Below are positions 38,840-48,248 of a stretch of 64,000 nt of DNA, one piece after another. The notes under the pieces are model-generated. The model did not search any database, was not told where the DNA came from, and saw only the letters and a program-made list of their open reading frames with translations. The translations under genes were made by a program, and so were the position numbers. How positions within the stretch are numbered: the first letter of the stretch is position 1; each line of letters begins with the position of its first letter. Source of the DNA: Candidatus Nomurabacteria bacterium (GTDB lineage Bacteria > Patescibacteriota > Minisyncoccia > Phycocordibacterales > UBA9973). The DNA is taken from assembly GCA_029288725.1 (NCBI GenBank), contig JARIGS010000010.1, forward strand, positions 23,947-87,946, given 5' to 3'.

Positions 38840-39520
38840 ATGATACTCAAGGTCGTCGCCACCCCCATAGGAAACCTTTCCGACTGTTCGCCTCGCGCAA
38901 AGGAGGTGCTTGAACAGGCGACACTGATTATTGCCGAAGATACGAGAACAACGGGACAGTTGCTCAAGTTGTTAGGCGTGGGTGGCAAGAAGGTCTTTAT
39001 GTCTTCTCATGCCCAGAGTAGCGCTGGCGCATTGCAGAAGACCCTAGAGGCCTGCCAGGAACATGAACAGATTGCCTTGGTCACTGACGCCGGTACACCC
39101 GCTATTTCTGACCCGGGTTCATTCTTCATCAGCCATTTCCGGGCAATGTATCCTGAGGCAATGGTAGTGCCCATTCCAGGCCCTTCAGCCGCTATTGCAG
39201 CCCTGTCAGTATCAGGATTTCCAGCTAGTCATTTTGAATTCATGGGCTTTATCCCACACAAGAAAGGCCGCCAGACCCTCTTTGCTTCATTGGCTGAAAA
39301 GGAGCACACCGTTGTCCTGTACGAGTCACCACACCGCATTCTGAAGACCTTAGAATCCTTGACGGAGGCACTGGGCGAGTCCCGTCTCATTATGGTAGGC
39401 AGGGAAATGACCAAGCAGTTCGAGGAATATCCTGTAGGTACCGCCAAGACCTTGCTTGAGTATTACACCACTCATAGCGATAAGGTTCGCGGGGAATTCG
39501 TCATTGTTATAAGTCCTTAG
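38840..39520 (+). CDS. rsmI: 16S rRNA C1402 2'-O-methyltransferase
   Basis: ATPIGNL, AEDTR, DAGTPAISDPG, YESPHR. Confidence 0.95.
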   Translation: MILKVVATPIGNLSDCSPRAKEVLEQATLIIAEDTRTTGQLLKLLGVGGKKVFMSSHAQSSAGALQKTLEACQEHEQIALVTDAGTPAISDPGSFFISHFRAMYPEAMVVPIPGPSAAIAALSVSGFPASHFEFMGFIPHKKGRQTLFASLAEKEHTVVLYESPHRILKTLESLTEALGESRLIMVGREMTKQFEEYPVGTAKTLLEYYTTHSDKVRGEFVIVISP

Positions 39521-39566
39521 CCGCCTTCACCGATGTTATGGCGAGCCGATGTGCTACAATAGGGAC

Positions 39567-39782
39567 ATGATCGCAAAACTTCGAGTATTATTTTGGCTGG
39601 GCATAGTGATGCTCTTCTTGCCTTTTTTTGGCATTCCCAATACTTGGAAAACCGTTATTGCTATCCTTATCGGCATGGGGCTGATATGGATATCAGTTGC
39701 CTTGCGCAAGCAGTATCGTGCGATGCGTCACGTTATCCGTAACCTTGAACAGACCGTAACCCAACAAACTTTTCATGAATAA
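39567..39782 (+). CDS. small membrane protein
   Basis: Two TM segments, LPFFGIP. Confidence 0.65.
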   Translation: MIAKLRVLFWLGIVMLFLPFFGIPNTWKTVIAILIGMGLIWISVALRKQYRAMRHVIRNLEQTVTQQTFHE

Positions 39783-41037
39783 TCCAACACTCGCACCACA
39801 TATCAAAACCGCTCTCCGCATCATTGGCGGCATTGTCATGGTCGGCTTGATATTCCTTGGCGGTGTCTATATCGGCTATGATAACCGCCCAGCTTTTGCC
39901 AAGGTTACCAATATCGTCCATCAGGACGCTATTGCCTCAAGTACCGACAGTAGCAAGCCGGTCACTATGACTGACTTTGCGCCGTTTTGGAAGGCGTGGG
40001 AATTGGCAAGCCAGAATTATGTCGCTGCTGACAAAACAACTGACCAGGACCGCATGTATGGTGCGATCAAGGGCATGCTAGCGGCCTATGGTGACCCATA
40101 TACGACCTTCTTCCCACCAGCAGAAAACACCCAGTTCCAGAGTCAGATTGCCGGATCATTTAGCGGTGTTGGATTGGAGCTTGGACAGAAGGACAATATT
40201 CTTACCGTTATTGCACCACTGAAGGATACACCTGCCGATGTTGCCGGTATCAAGCCAGGAGACAAAATTATCAAGATCAATGACACTGACACGACAAACA
40301 TCAGCGTTGACCAGGCTACCGATCTCATTCGTGGCAAGGAAGGCACCACGCTTACGCTCACGATTGTTCGTGATGGACTAACTGCACCAAAGGTCTTCAC
40401 TCTTACGCGTGCTACTATTGACCTGCCAACGGTTAAAACTGAGGATATTGCCAATAAGGGCGTCTTCGTCATTCATTTCTACAGTTTCTCTGCCCAGTCT
40501 GCCGACCTCTTCCGCAAGGCTATGGAGACGTACCTTAACTCCGGCGAGCATAAGCTGCTCCTTGACCTCCGAGGTAATCCCGGTGGCTATCTCGATGCGG
40601 CAGTGCAGATTGGTAGTGAATTCATTCCGCAGGGCGAAACGATCGTAAAGGAAATCGGCAAGACTCCAACTGATGTTACGATTTATACCAGTACTGGCCC
40701 AAAGATATTCCCTGATGGTGATAAGCTCATTATTCTGGCAGACAAGGGATCAGCCTCTGCAGCCGAAATTCTTTCTGGGGCATTGAGTGAACAGGGCATC
40801 GGTACGCTGGTTGGTGAACAGACCTTTGGTAAGGGCTCAGTCCAGCAGGTTATCCCTATCACTAGCGATACCTCAATGAAAGTAACAGTGGCAAAATGGT
40901 ATACGCCAAATGGCATTTCTATCTCAGAAAAGGGTCTCACTCCGAAAGTGGTCATTCCATTTGATCCAACCGCAAAGACCGACACTCAGCTTCAGAAGGC
41001 AATCGATCTCTTTGCCAACCCTAATCCTCAGCAATAA
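39775..41037 (+). CDS. ctpA: S41 carboxy-terminal processing protease
   Basis: DPYT, PDZ domain, DLRGNPGG, SASAAEI, TFGKGSVQ. Confidence 0.92.
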   Translation: MNNPTLAPHIKTALRIIGGIVMVGLIFLGGVYIGYDNRPAFAKVTNIVHQDAIASSTDSSKPVTMTDFAPFWKAWELASQNYVAADKTTDQDRMYGAIKGMLAAYGDPYTTFFPPAENTQFQSQIAGSFSGVGLELGQKDNILTVIAPLKDTPADVAGIKPGDKIIKINDTDTTNISVDQATDLIRGKEGTTLTLTIVRDGLTAPKVFTLTRATIDLPTVKTEDIANKGVFVIHFYSFSAQSADLFRKAMETYLNSGEHKLLLDLRGNPGGYLDAAVQIGSEFIPQGETIVKEIGKTPTDVTIYTSTGPKIFPDGDKLIILADKGSASAAEILSGALSEQGIGTLVGEQTFGKGSVQQVIPITSDTSMKVTVAKWYTPNGISISEKGLTPKVVIPFDPTAKTDTQLQKAIDLFANPNPQQ

Positions 41038-41042
41038 CTGAT

Positions 41043-41486
41043 ATGAAAATCATTCTCTTAAAAAACGTTCCGAAGCTTGGCAAGAAGGACGATATTATCA
41101 CCGTGCCTGACGGTTATGCCCAGAATGCACTGTTTCCTAAAAAGCTTGCAATCGTTGCCACTGATCAGGCCATTGCCGCTGTACAGCGCACTCAGCAAAA
41201 CAAAATCACCGAAAAGAAAATCCAGCATGAACTGCTTGATAAGGCGATTGAAAGTCTGACCGGAAGGACACTGGTCTACAAGGCCAAGGTAAATGAAAAG
41301 GGGAGTCTCTTTTCAAAAATCAGCGAGCACGATATCAGCAAGGCATTACTTGATCAGCATCGCATCTCGATTGATCCGTCATTACTAACGATTGACGGTA
41401 GTCCGATAAAGCAGATCGGTGACTATACTGTCACTATCAAGGAAGGAGAGTACAAGGCATCGTTTACCGTATCGGTAGTCAAATAA
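41043..41486 (+). CDS. rplI: 50S ribosomal protein L9
   Basis: MKIILLKNVPKLG...DGYAQNALFP. Confidence 0.93.
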   Translation: MKIILLKNVPKLGKKDDIITVPDGYAQNALFPKKLAIVATDQAIAAVQRTQQNKITEKKIQHELLDKAIESLTGRTLVYKAKVNEKGSLFSKISEHDISKALLDQHRISIDPSLLTIDGSPIKQIGDYTVTIKEGEYKASFTVSVVK

Positions 41487-41531
41487 AATAGCTCAGATAA
41501 TAAAAAACCTCTCAGATTGAGAGGTTTTTTA

Positions 41532-41816
41532 TTATGCGCGAGTATCGAGGATGTTCACCATCTTGCGAACGGTCGTGGTACCGTCGAAGTTAAGCTTGCG
41601 CTTCTGGGTGAACTTCACGAACCCTGGCTTCAATGCGTAGAGAGTGTGATCTTTACCCATTGCTACTGCCTTACCAGCAAGGATCTTGCTGCCGCGCTGA
41701 CGCACGATGATAGAACCAGCCTGTGCTGTCTGTCCGTCATAAAGCTTGGTACCAAGGTATTTTGGTAGGGAATCTGTTAGGTTTTTTGCCGCTCCTTGGG
41801 CTTTCTTATGTGCCAT
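41532..41816 (-). CDS. rpmA: 50S ribosomal protein L27
   Basis: MAHKKA, IIVRQRG, GKDHTL. Confidence 0.95.
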   Translation of the reverse strand: MAHKKAQGAAKNLTDSLPKYLGTKLYDGQTAQAGSIIVRQRGSKILAGKAVAMGKDHTLYALKPGFVKFTQKRKLNFDGTTTVRKMVNILDTRA

Positions 41817-41884
41817 AGTGGTTCTATGATAGCCCAGAGTGTCCCTGGTGTCAATATGGCTGCTTTGGGGTATACTAAGACAAT

Positions 41885-42292
41885 ATGCAGGCCTTTATCA
41901 CTCGATATCAGCACGCTATTCTTGCCACAACTGGCATTCTGACCGTTTTAGCGGCCTTTTATACGGGCTTTTTGGAAGGAAAAAACACTGCCACTACTCA
42001 GCCCGTTACCCTTGCTTGCAATGACAATGTTTTAAGTAATTTGTCAATACCAGTAGAAGCATTGGCAAGGGGAGTGGTAGCTCACGCCTCCGATACATCT
42101 ACGGCGCTGCAAAGCATGCCAGGAGGACAGCCTACTAATGCTCCGTTGGGTAAATATGTCGGTTCTAAAAACAGCACCAAGTATTATGCGCCTTCATGCG
42201 GGGCAGTGAAGCGCATCAAGCCTGAAAACTATATGTGGTTCGACAGTGCGGAGGACGCCCAGATACAGGGATACACACCAGGAAAATGTTAA
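41885..42292 (+). CDS. membrane-anchored protein with Ada metal-binding-like C-terminus
   Basis: YVGSKNSTKYY..SC...I...N...F.S..A...GY. Confidence 0.65.
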   Translation: MQAFITRYQHAILATTGILTVLAAFYTGFLEGKNTATTQPVTLACNDNVLSNLSIPVEALARGVVAHASDTSTALQSMPGGQPTNAPLGKYVGSKNSTKYYAPSCGAVKRIKPENYMWFDSAEDAQIQGYTPGKC

Positions 42293-43224
42293 AGTCGATT
42301 TTGTCAGTAGCTATAATGGGTGCGCTTGGCTTGTTTATCTTCGCACTGGCTTTGCCGACTCAGGCCAATCAGGTGGCGCAGAGTGTCCTCGGAAACGTTG
42401 TTGCGCTTGATAGTATGAGCAATGTTACCAGTGCGCCAGTACACGCAATTTCTCAAGCAGTGTCTTCAGCGGTATCTTCCGTATTGACGAAAAAGGGAAG
42501 TACGACGAGCACTTCGACTACTACCAGCACTCCTCAAGACAACTCGCCCTTGTCTGTTGAGAATATTGTTGATGCTACGAATAAGGAGCGCATCAAGGCT
42601 GGCTTGCCACCACTCAAAACCAATACCAAATTGGAAACGTCAGCCAAGATCAAGGTCAATGACATGATTACCAACCAGTACTTTGAACATACGTCGCCGT
42701 CCGGCAAGACCGTGGCAGACCTCGGCAATGAGGTAGGGTATGACTACGTCATCATGGGTGAGAATCTTGCCTTGGGCGACTTTGCCAATGCCGATGATTT
42801 GCTGCAGGCCTGGATGAATAGCCCCGGTCATCGCGCAAACATTCTTAACACCTCATACCAGGACATCGGAGTCTATGCGGCGCAGGGCACGTATCAAGGT
42901 CAGACTGTCTGGTTCGCCGTACAGCATTTTGGAACGGAGCGGGGAGTCTGCCCGGCTATTAGCACTTCACTGAAGTCGAGCATCGACTCACTCAATGCCT
43001 TGATCAAAAAAGAGGAGACTGACATCACGACTATTCGTACCCAGATCGAGGCACCGGATCATGCCAATGACCAGAGCTACTCAACTCTCATCAACCAGTT
43101 CAATTCCTTGGTTGCTCAATACAATGCCAACGTCACTGCTTCGCAGAAACAAATTGCTCAGTACAACCAACAGGTGACTACCTTCAATAAGTGCCTTTCC
43201 CAGTACCAGGTATCAAAAGAGTAG
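42286..43224 (+). CDS. CAP/SCP domain exported protein
   Basis: TNKER, YFEH, GENLA, WMNSPGHRANIL. Confidence 0.9.
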   Translation: MLKSILSVAIMGALGLFIFALALPTQANQVAQSVLGNVVALDSMSNVTSAPVHAISQAVSSAVSSVLTKKGSTTSTSTTTSTPQDNSPLSVENIVDATNKERIKAGLPPLKTNTKLETSAKIKVNDMITNQYFEHTSPSGKTVADLGNEVGYDYVIMGENLALGDFANADDLLQAWMNSPGHRANILNTSYQDIGVYAAQGTYQGQTVWFAVQHFGTERGVCPAISTSLKSSIDSLNALIKKEETDITTIRTQIEAPDHANDQSYSTLINQFNSLVAQYNANVTASQKQIAQYNQQVTTFNKCLSQYQVSKE

Positions 43225-43350
43225 GGCCCTCCCTGAAATATATGTAACGTCGCACAATAAGTGTTTTACGACATATAATATAGAAAATAAGGCTTATATA
43301 ATAAAGCCTGCGCTGCCTGAGGTATGTATACGTGGTATCATTCCCTACAC

Positions 43351-43845
43351 ATGACGGAAGAAAAAACGATCAATCTAGAATGGTTTAATATTGCCGCAAA
43401 ATCTGCACAAAAATCTCTCTGCTTACGTGACAAATGCGGCGCAGCCATTGTTCTTAATGGAAAGGTCATTGCCGAAGGCTACAATGCTCCACCACAAGAC
43501 AGCCTCGATAACCAAAAATGCGGTTATGACTTCCCTGTCGCTCATCGTAAAAAACCGAAGTCAGACTGCACGTGCTGTATGCACGCCGAATGGCGCGCCA
43601 TCATGGATGCGCTCAAGGCTGGTGTTGACCTTGCCGGTAGCACGCTGTACTTCACCCGTGTCGATGATCAAGGCCAGATTCTTTTTTCCGGTGAACCATA
43701 CTGTACCGTTTGCAGTCGCTTAGCCCTCGATGCCGGTATCAGCTTCTGGGCTCTTTGGCATGACCCTGAACCGATGCTCTACGATGCACAGGAATACAAT
43801 GACCTGTCATACGCATTTCACCTAAAACAAAAAAGCCTCACGTAG
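43351..43845 (+). CDS. dCMP/cytidine deaminase family protein
   Basis: GYNA, HAE, PYCTVC. Confidence 0.85.
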   Translation: MTEEKTINLEWFNIAAKSAQKSLCLRDKCGAAIVLNGKVIAEGYNAPPQDSLDNQKCGYDFPVAHRKKPKSDCTCCMHAEWRAIMDALKAGVDLAGSTLYFTRVDDQGQILFSGEPYCTVCSRLALDAGISFWALWHDPEPMLYDAQEYNDLSYAFHLKQKSLT

Positions 43846-43853
43846 GCTTTTTT

Positions 43854-44258
43854 TTATTTTCCAATCTGAAATTCTTCGCCTGTTGTAGTACCAATTTCAA
43901 ATTGGTATGTTCCAGGATCGATTCTTTGTGGGACCGTGTATGCGTACGAACCGGTATTTGGGACATGGTAGAGGCGATCAACGCTGCTGACTGAGGCACC
44001 GACCGGTTTCAGTGCGACATCAATAAGGAAAATATCGGTCATGCCTTCCCCATTTCCCGCCCATTGCAGCGTGTAAGTTTTCCCTATTGTTAAGCGATCA
44101 TTCTTTTGCGGAAATATAATAGTTGTATCAGCAGAAGCCGGTGTTGATATCGAATGCGGTACGTGTGGCGTCATTTTCTGTCGAACACGCATTAAGGCAT
44201 ATGTTCCTATTCCACCTACTACCACTATGCAAAGTATGATAATCCAGTTTTTTCTCAT
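43854..44258 (-). CDS. exported hypothetical protein (Ig-like)
   Basis: N-terminal TM; GKTYTLQW, NTGSY. Confidence 0.6.
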   Translation of the reverse strand: MRKNWIIILCIVVVGGIGTYALMRVRQKMTPHVPHSISTPASADTTIIFPQKNDRLTIGKTYTLQWAGNGEGMTDIFLIDVALKPVGASVSSVDRLYHVPNTGSYAYTVPQRIDPGTYQFEIGTTTGEEFQIGK

Positions 44259-44335
44259 GGTTATACATACATTGTACATCATAGTAAAAACCCTCATGAC
44301 GAGGGTTTGGTGTTTTTTAAATGAACATACAATAG

Positions 44336-44902
44336 CTACAACCGATTGTAATTTTCCGGTGCAATGATGAATCGTCTTTTGTTAACCAGATCAATGATAG
44401 TACGATCAAGGGTGTGTTGCGCCTCACATAATTCCTCTTCCAAATTCTTCGCCTCGAGTACGGCCTCTGCTGTCTCTCGAGATAGCATCTCGTGATATCT
44501 CCTCAATACTTTCTTGTAAGTCCTAAACTGCTCAGCAAATGCAAGGTCTTTTCGCTGCTCATCGTACAGAAACGGCCGAAGAAAGTCGCTCAGCTTTTGT
44601 TCGGCAAGGAGTGCGTCCTGTTTTTGTTTTCTCGGCTCAAATACCATGTGTATTATTTTTTCAGAAAATGGGCCAATCTTTTTTCTTTTATTCTTCGCAC
44701 CCTGTTTCTTATTGCCGACATACAGCATCGTAACCATATACATATTCTCAGCAATTCCCTGAATGTGTTCTATCTGGACTGGTAGTAGTGGGATGGGTCC
44801 AATAGTTGTTTCGTGGGATTCCAATCGATCATATTTCGCGATGATCTCTCTGCTTGTTTTAAAATCTTTGAAAAATTCCTCTAGTACTTCTTTGTTGTCC
44901 AT
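44336..44902 (-). CDS. hypothetical protein
   Basis: 188-aa ORF. Confidence 0.55.
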   Translation of the reverse strand: MDNKEVLEEFFKDFKTSREIIAKYDRLESHETTIGPIPLLPVQIEHIQGIAENMYMVTMLYVGNKKQGAKNKRKKIGPFSEKIIHMVFEPRKQKQDALLAEQKLSDFLRPFLYDEQRKDLAFAEQFRTYKKVLRRYHEMLSRETAEAVLEAKNLEEELCEAQHTLDRTIIDLVNKRRFIIAPENYNRL

Positions 44903-44989
44903 TTGTCCATGTTATTAAGGTGTGTTTTCCCTACTCTACCACATATCCTTTACAAAATCAACGAGTGTGGTAAAGTAAAGAAAAAAGTT

Positions 44990-45484
44990 ATGACAAGAGA
45001 CATACCGATTACCTGCCCAATGGATTATTTCATTCGGTTTTGGGTGTGGAACGAGCAGTTAAAAAAGTTGCCTAATCACCCTGATCACTTCTTTCGATTT
45101 AAATGTGCCGATAGAATATCGCGCACATGCGAGAAAATCGTTACCAAAAATTATCATGAGATGATAAGGGAGCTATTTCCTCAAAAACAAGGATTGCTCG
45201 AAAGTGTTGAGGCCATAAAAGATAGCATGCGCTGGAGAAAGGTGCATGGTGAAAAAATCAAAGTCGCCATAACCTTAATGGAAATGGCCGATAACGCGCC
45301 GTCTAAAAAAGAGCGTGTTGAGGCCAGGAAAAAAACCCAGCTCATCTTCAAAAATGACTATCAATTAATGGAGATTGTCAGCCACATGCAAAAGCTTACT
45401 CATGCAACCTTTATTTCTTTCCCTGAAATTAAAAAAGAGTTGCAGGTACTCTCCCCTCGTCATGCCTTGCTGAAGAGGCATTAA
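44990..45484 (+). CDS. hypothetical protein
   Basis: Divergent from 44336..44902; start reassigned to ATG 44990; terminator-like hairpin at about 45488-45517. Confidence 0.55.
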   Translation: MTRDIPITCPMDYFIRFWVWNEQLKKLPNHPDHFFRFKCADRISRTCEKIVTKNYHEMIRELFPQKQGLLESVEAIKDSMRWRKVHGEKIKVAITLMEMADNAPSKKERVEARKKTQLIFKNDYQLMEIVSHMQKLTHATFISFPEIKKELQVLSPRHALLKRH

Positions 45485-45590
45485 CACAATGCCCCCTAAA
45501 GTAATTTAGGGGGCATTTAATATATTGACAATGTCAATATATGTTTGTATGGTGTAGAAAACTATTGTTGTACCTAAAAAAGGAGGAAGT

Positions 45591-45908
45591 ATGCAAACAT
45601 CAGCCCCAAGCACCCCCGATAATTCGATGGAAAAATTTGACGAGGTATTTTTTAGCATTACCGGCATGCATAGAAAAGATGTATGCCCGAGAGAGAATGA
45701 CGGTGCCATACTGGCCAGGCATCAAAAGAAGGTCCCGACCGGATGGCCGTTAGGAATTCCTACTGACTATGCCGAAAAGGAGGTCAGGCTCAGCTCCCTT
45801 ATCGGGTTGTCGGTGGGTAAAAAATGGGAACACGCGCCTGCCCAGCCCGATGGAGAGTATATCTTGGTATTCCCTCCTAATATCGAAGCCATGATGGATG
45901 TGGCATAA
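45591..45908 (+). CDS. hypothetical protein
   Basis: TTGACA-N17-TATGGT promoter, AGGAGG RBS, downstream hairpin. Confidence 0.6.
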   Translation: MQTSAPSTPDNSMEKFDEVFFSITGMHRKDVCPRENDGAILARHQKKVPTGWPLGIPTDYAEKEVRLSSLIGLSVGKKWEHAPAQPDGEYILVFPPNIEAMMDVA

Positions 45909-45973
45909 AACAAGAGAGACATTTCGATGTCTCTTTTTTTATTGCATTTGATAAATATCATAAGAGGTGTAGT

Positions 45974-46621
45974 ATGGTAAAAAACTTACAATATATGAAG
46001 AAATCCTCAGAATTAGCCGACATACTGCTCGTGCAGCAGTATCAGGCAGGTGATGACAAATCTTTTGGCGTTATTTTTTCAAAATACCACGCCAGCATTG
46101 AAATGCTCATAAGGACATATGTCCAGGATGAAGACATTGCACAAGATCTTACACAAGATGTCTTTGAAAAAGCTCTTACGTGGATTAAAAACAATTCGTA
46201 TGATGCCGATGGCGGGATTAAACCCTGGTTGGTGCGTATAGCAACAAACATCTGTATGGACTATTTCCGCAAGCAGCAACGAGTGCGTAAGACCATTGAT
46301 GCTTTTCCCCTCTCAGAAATTAATGATGATAATGAGACTATGGAAATGTTCGATGATTACTATTATCGCGATATTGAACGGATCCTCATCAATAAGGATT
46401 GTCGCGATGAGGCCGTTATGCTCATTCGCTGCCTGTGTCCGGAACAGAAAGAAGTGCTGCTCATGCGGTATTATTGCAACTTATCGTTTAGGCAGATTAC
46501 CGAGGTGTTTGGAGAAAGTATTAACACTACCCTGGGGCGGATGCGCTATGCGCTGCGAAATTTACAGAAGCTACAAAAAACAATGATGCAAAAAGAAGCG
46601 ACGGTACTTTTATCCGCATGA
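45974..46621 (+). CDS. ECF RNA polymerase sigma factor
   Basis: DLTQDVF, WLVRIATN.C.DYFRK, SINTTLGRMRYAL; start may be ATG 45995. Confidence 0.9.
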   Translation: MVKNLQYMKKSSELADILLVQQYQAGDDKSFGVIFSKYHASIEMLIRTYVQDEDIAQDLTQDVFEKALTWIKNNSYDADGGIKPWLVRIATNICMDYFRKQQRVRKTIDAFPLSEINDDNETMEMFDDYYYRDIERILINKDCRDEAVMLIRCLCPEQKEVLLMRYYCNLSFRQITEVFGESINTTLGRMRYALRNLQKLQKTMMQKEATVLLSA

Positions 46622-46657
46622 CCAAATCACCCTTACCTGTAAAAGGTAAGGGTGATT

Positions 46658-47284
46658 TTATATTTCTCGATGCCGGGCTTTCTTGTTGAGGTTATTGATG
46701 ATCTTCTTCCAAAAGATTGCAACAGCCAGGGCGATGGCAAGAAAGAAGAGAATGCTGAAGTTGCCGATGAGATTGTTCACCGCCTGCCAGCTGTCGCCAA
46801 AAAGATAGCCGATCATTCCGTAAAAGAATGCATCGACGAATGCACCGAGGGTTTCGTAGATCATGAACTTGCGGTAGCTAACCTTACCCAACCCACAGAT
46901 CAAGTTGACGGTCAGCGTTGCAATGACTTCAAAGCGGCTGATGAAGATTACGAAGCCCGGACGGTCACTGATACTGTCTTCGATGAGGGTGAAATTCTTG
47001 GAGGTGAGGATCTTGCGCATGAAGCCGATGCGATAGAGCACTTTCTTTCCGTAGAGGCGGGCCAGCCAGAACAGGATGTTGTCACCGGCAATATTGGCAA
47101 CAATGACCACCCCAATCAGAACGACGATATTAAAATAGCCCTGACTGGCAAATGCCGCAGAGGCCACTAATAGCGTGCCTGCCGGGATGGGCAATGCCAA
47201 CGAGGCCAGGAAGGTAATGACAAAAAGCGCACTGTACTTATAGAGCAGGATGTATGGAAGGATAGTCTGAGCCAAGGCATCCAT
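46658..47284 (-). CDS. DedA family membrane protein
   Basis: LPIPAG, AGDNILFWLAR.YG, SRF. Confidence 0.88.
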   Translation of the reverse strand: MDALAQTILPYILLYKYSALFVITFLASLALPIPAGTLLVASAAFASQGYFNIVVLIGVVIVANIAGDNILFWLARLYGKKVLYRIGFMRKILTSKNFTLIEDSISDRPGFVIFISRFEVIATLTVNLICGLGKVSYRKFMIYETLGAFVDAFFYGMIGYLFGDSWQAVNNLIGNFSILFFLAIALAVAIFWKKIINNLNKKARHREI

Positions 47285-47289
47285 AGGTA

Positions 47290-47685
47290 TTAATGGGTGT
47301 TTTGTTGGTAATTGATAATGGCGACCTGTACGGCCTGGACGAATGCCGAACTGCTTAAGCCGTGCCGCTTCACGTAATAATCGATACGCATATTTGGATA
47401 GCGAGGATCAGTAATGTCCAAAACGTTCTGGAGGTAATTTTTCGGCAATTTAAATACGACGTTGAGATAATCAAACGTCATCCAGCTTCTGATGCTGTTG
47501 ACCGTGATCGGATGATAGACTCGTGTTGTCCCCTCCCGCGTATAGGTTGGCTGCAGCTCCCCTGTTTGATAGTCCTTTTTTACGTTAAATACAAACCACC
47601 ACAATGAAAACAGACAGACCGCGGCCAGAAGGATTACGCCGCTTATCTTAAGTATCTTTATCTGGCGATGAGTGAGTTTTTTCAT
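47290..47685 (-). CDS. hypothetical membrane-anchored protein
   Basis: TM; IRSWMTFDYLN. Confidence 0.65.
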   Translation of the reverse strand: MKKLTHRQIKILKISGVILLAAVCLFSLWWFVFNVKKDYQTGELQPTYTREGTTRVYHPITVNSIRSWMTFDYLNVVFKLPKNYLQNVLDITDPRYPNMRIDYYVKRHGLSSSAFVQAVQVAIINYQQNTH

Positions 47686-47686
47686 G

Positions 47687-48067
47687 CTAGTGCTTGTTGA
47701 GAATGTCTAAAATTTTATCAAGCTTTTCCGTTTCAATTGCGTGAAGACGTTCGGTGATATTTTCAATTTCTTTCTTTGACTCAACGTTGGTTTCGTAGTC
47801 GGCATCAGCCCGAAGTTCGGCATGGCGGCTCTGCAAATTTTGTCCGACCATGATGATAGAAAGCAGTACGAGCTGCAAAAATGTCTGAGCAATCCAGGAA
47901 ATAGTAGGAGCCACTCCCCCTTCAATGGCCTTTGGTAGGCTGATGAGCGCAATGAGGGCAAAGGCAATGGCGCACCACATCGTGCCGACAATCCTGGTAA
48001 TAAACAGTGCTACCTTATCAAGGGCGGTGAGACTGGCACGGTGTTCCTTGTTTACGTTTCTGGTCAT
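47687..48067 (-). CDS. DUF1003-like membrane protein
   Basis: VGTMW, LSIIMVGQN. Confidence 0.75.
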   Translation of the reverse strand: MTRNVNKEHRASLTALDKVALFITRIVGTMWCAIAFALIALISLPKAIEGGVAPTISWIAQTFLQLVLLSIIMVGQNLQSRHAELRADADYETNVESKKEIENITERLHAIETEKLDKILDILNKH

Positions 48068-48248
48068 AGCCGCATTATACAATATCTGTGGAGAAAAGAC
48101 TTGCATTATTTTTTGGTAGGTATATAAATAAGAATAAGATTATCTGGTTTTAATTGTTGTAATGACCGGAAGTGCAGTAGTGATTTTCTGCTCTTCCGGT
48201 TTTTTATTTTAGCTTTATATATAAACATTTTATTGGTATACTGCGCTC

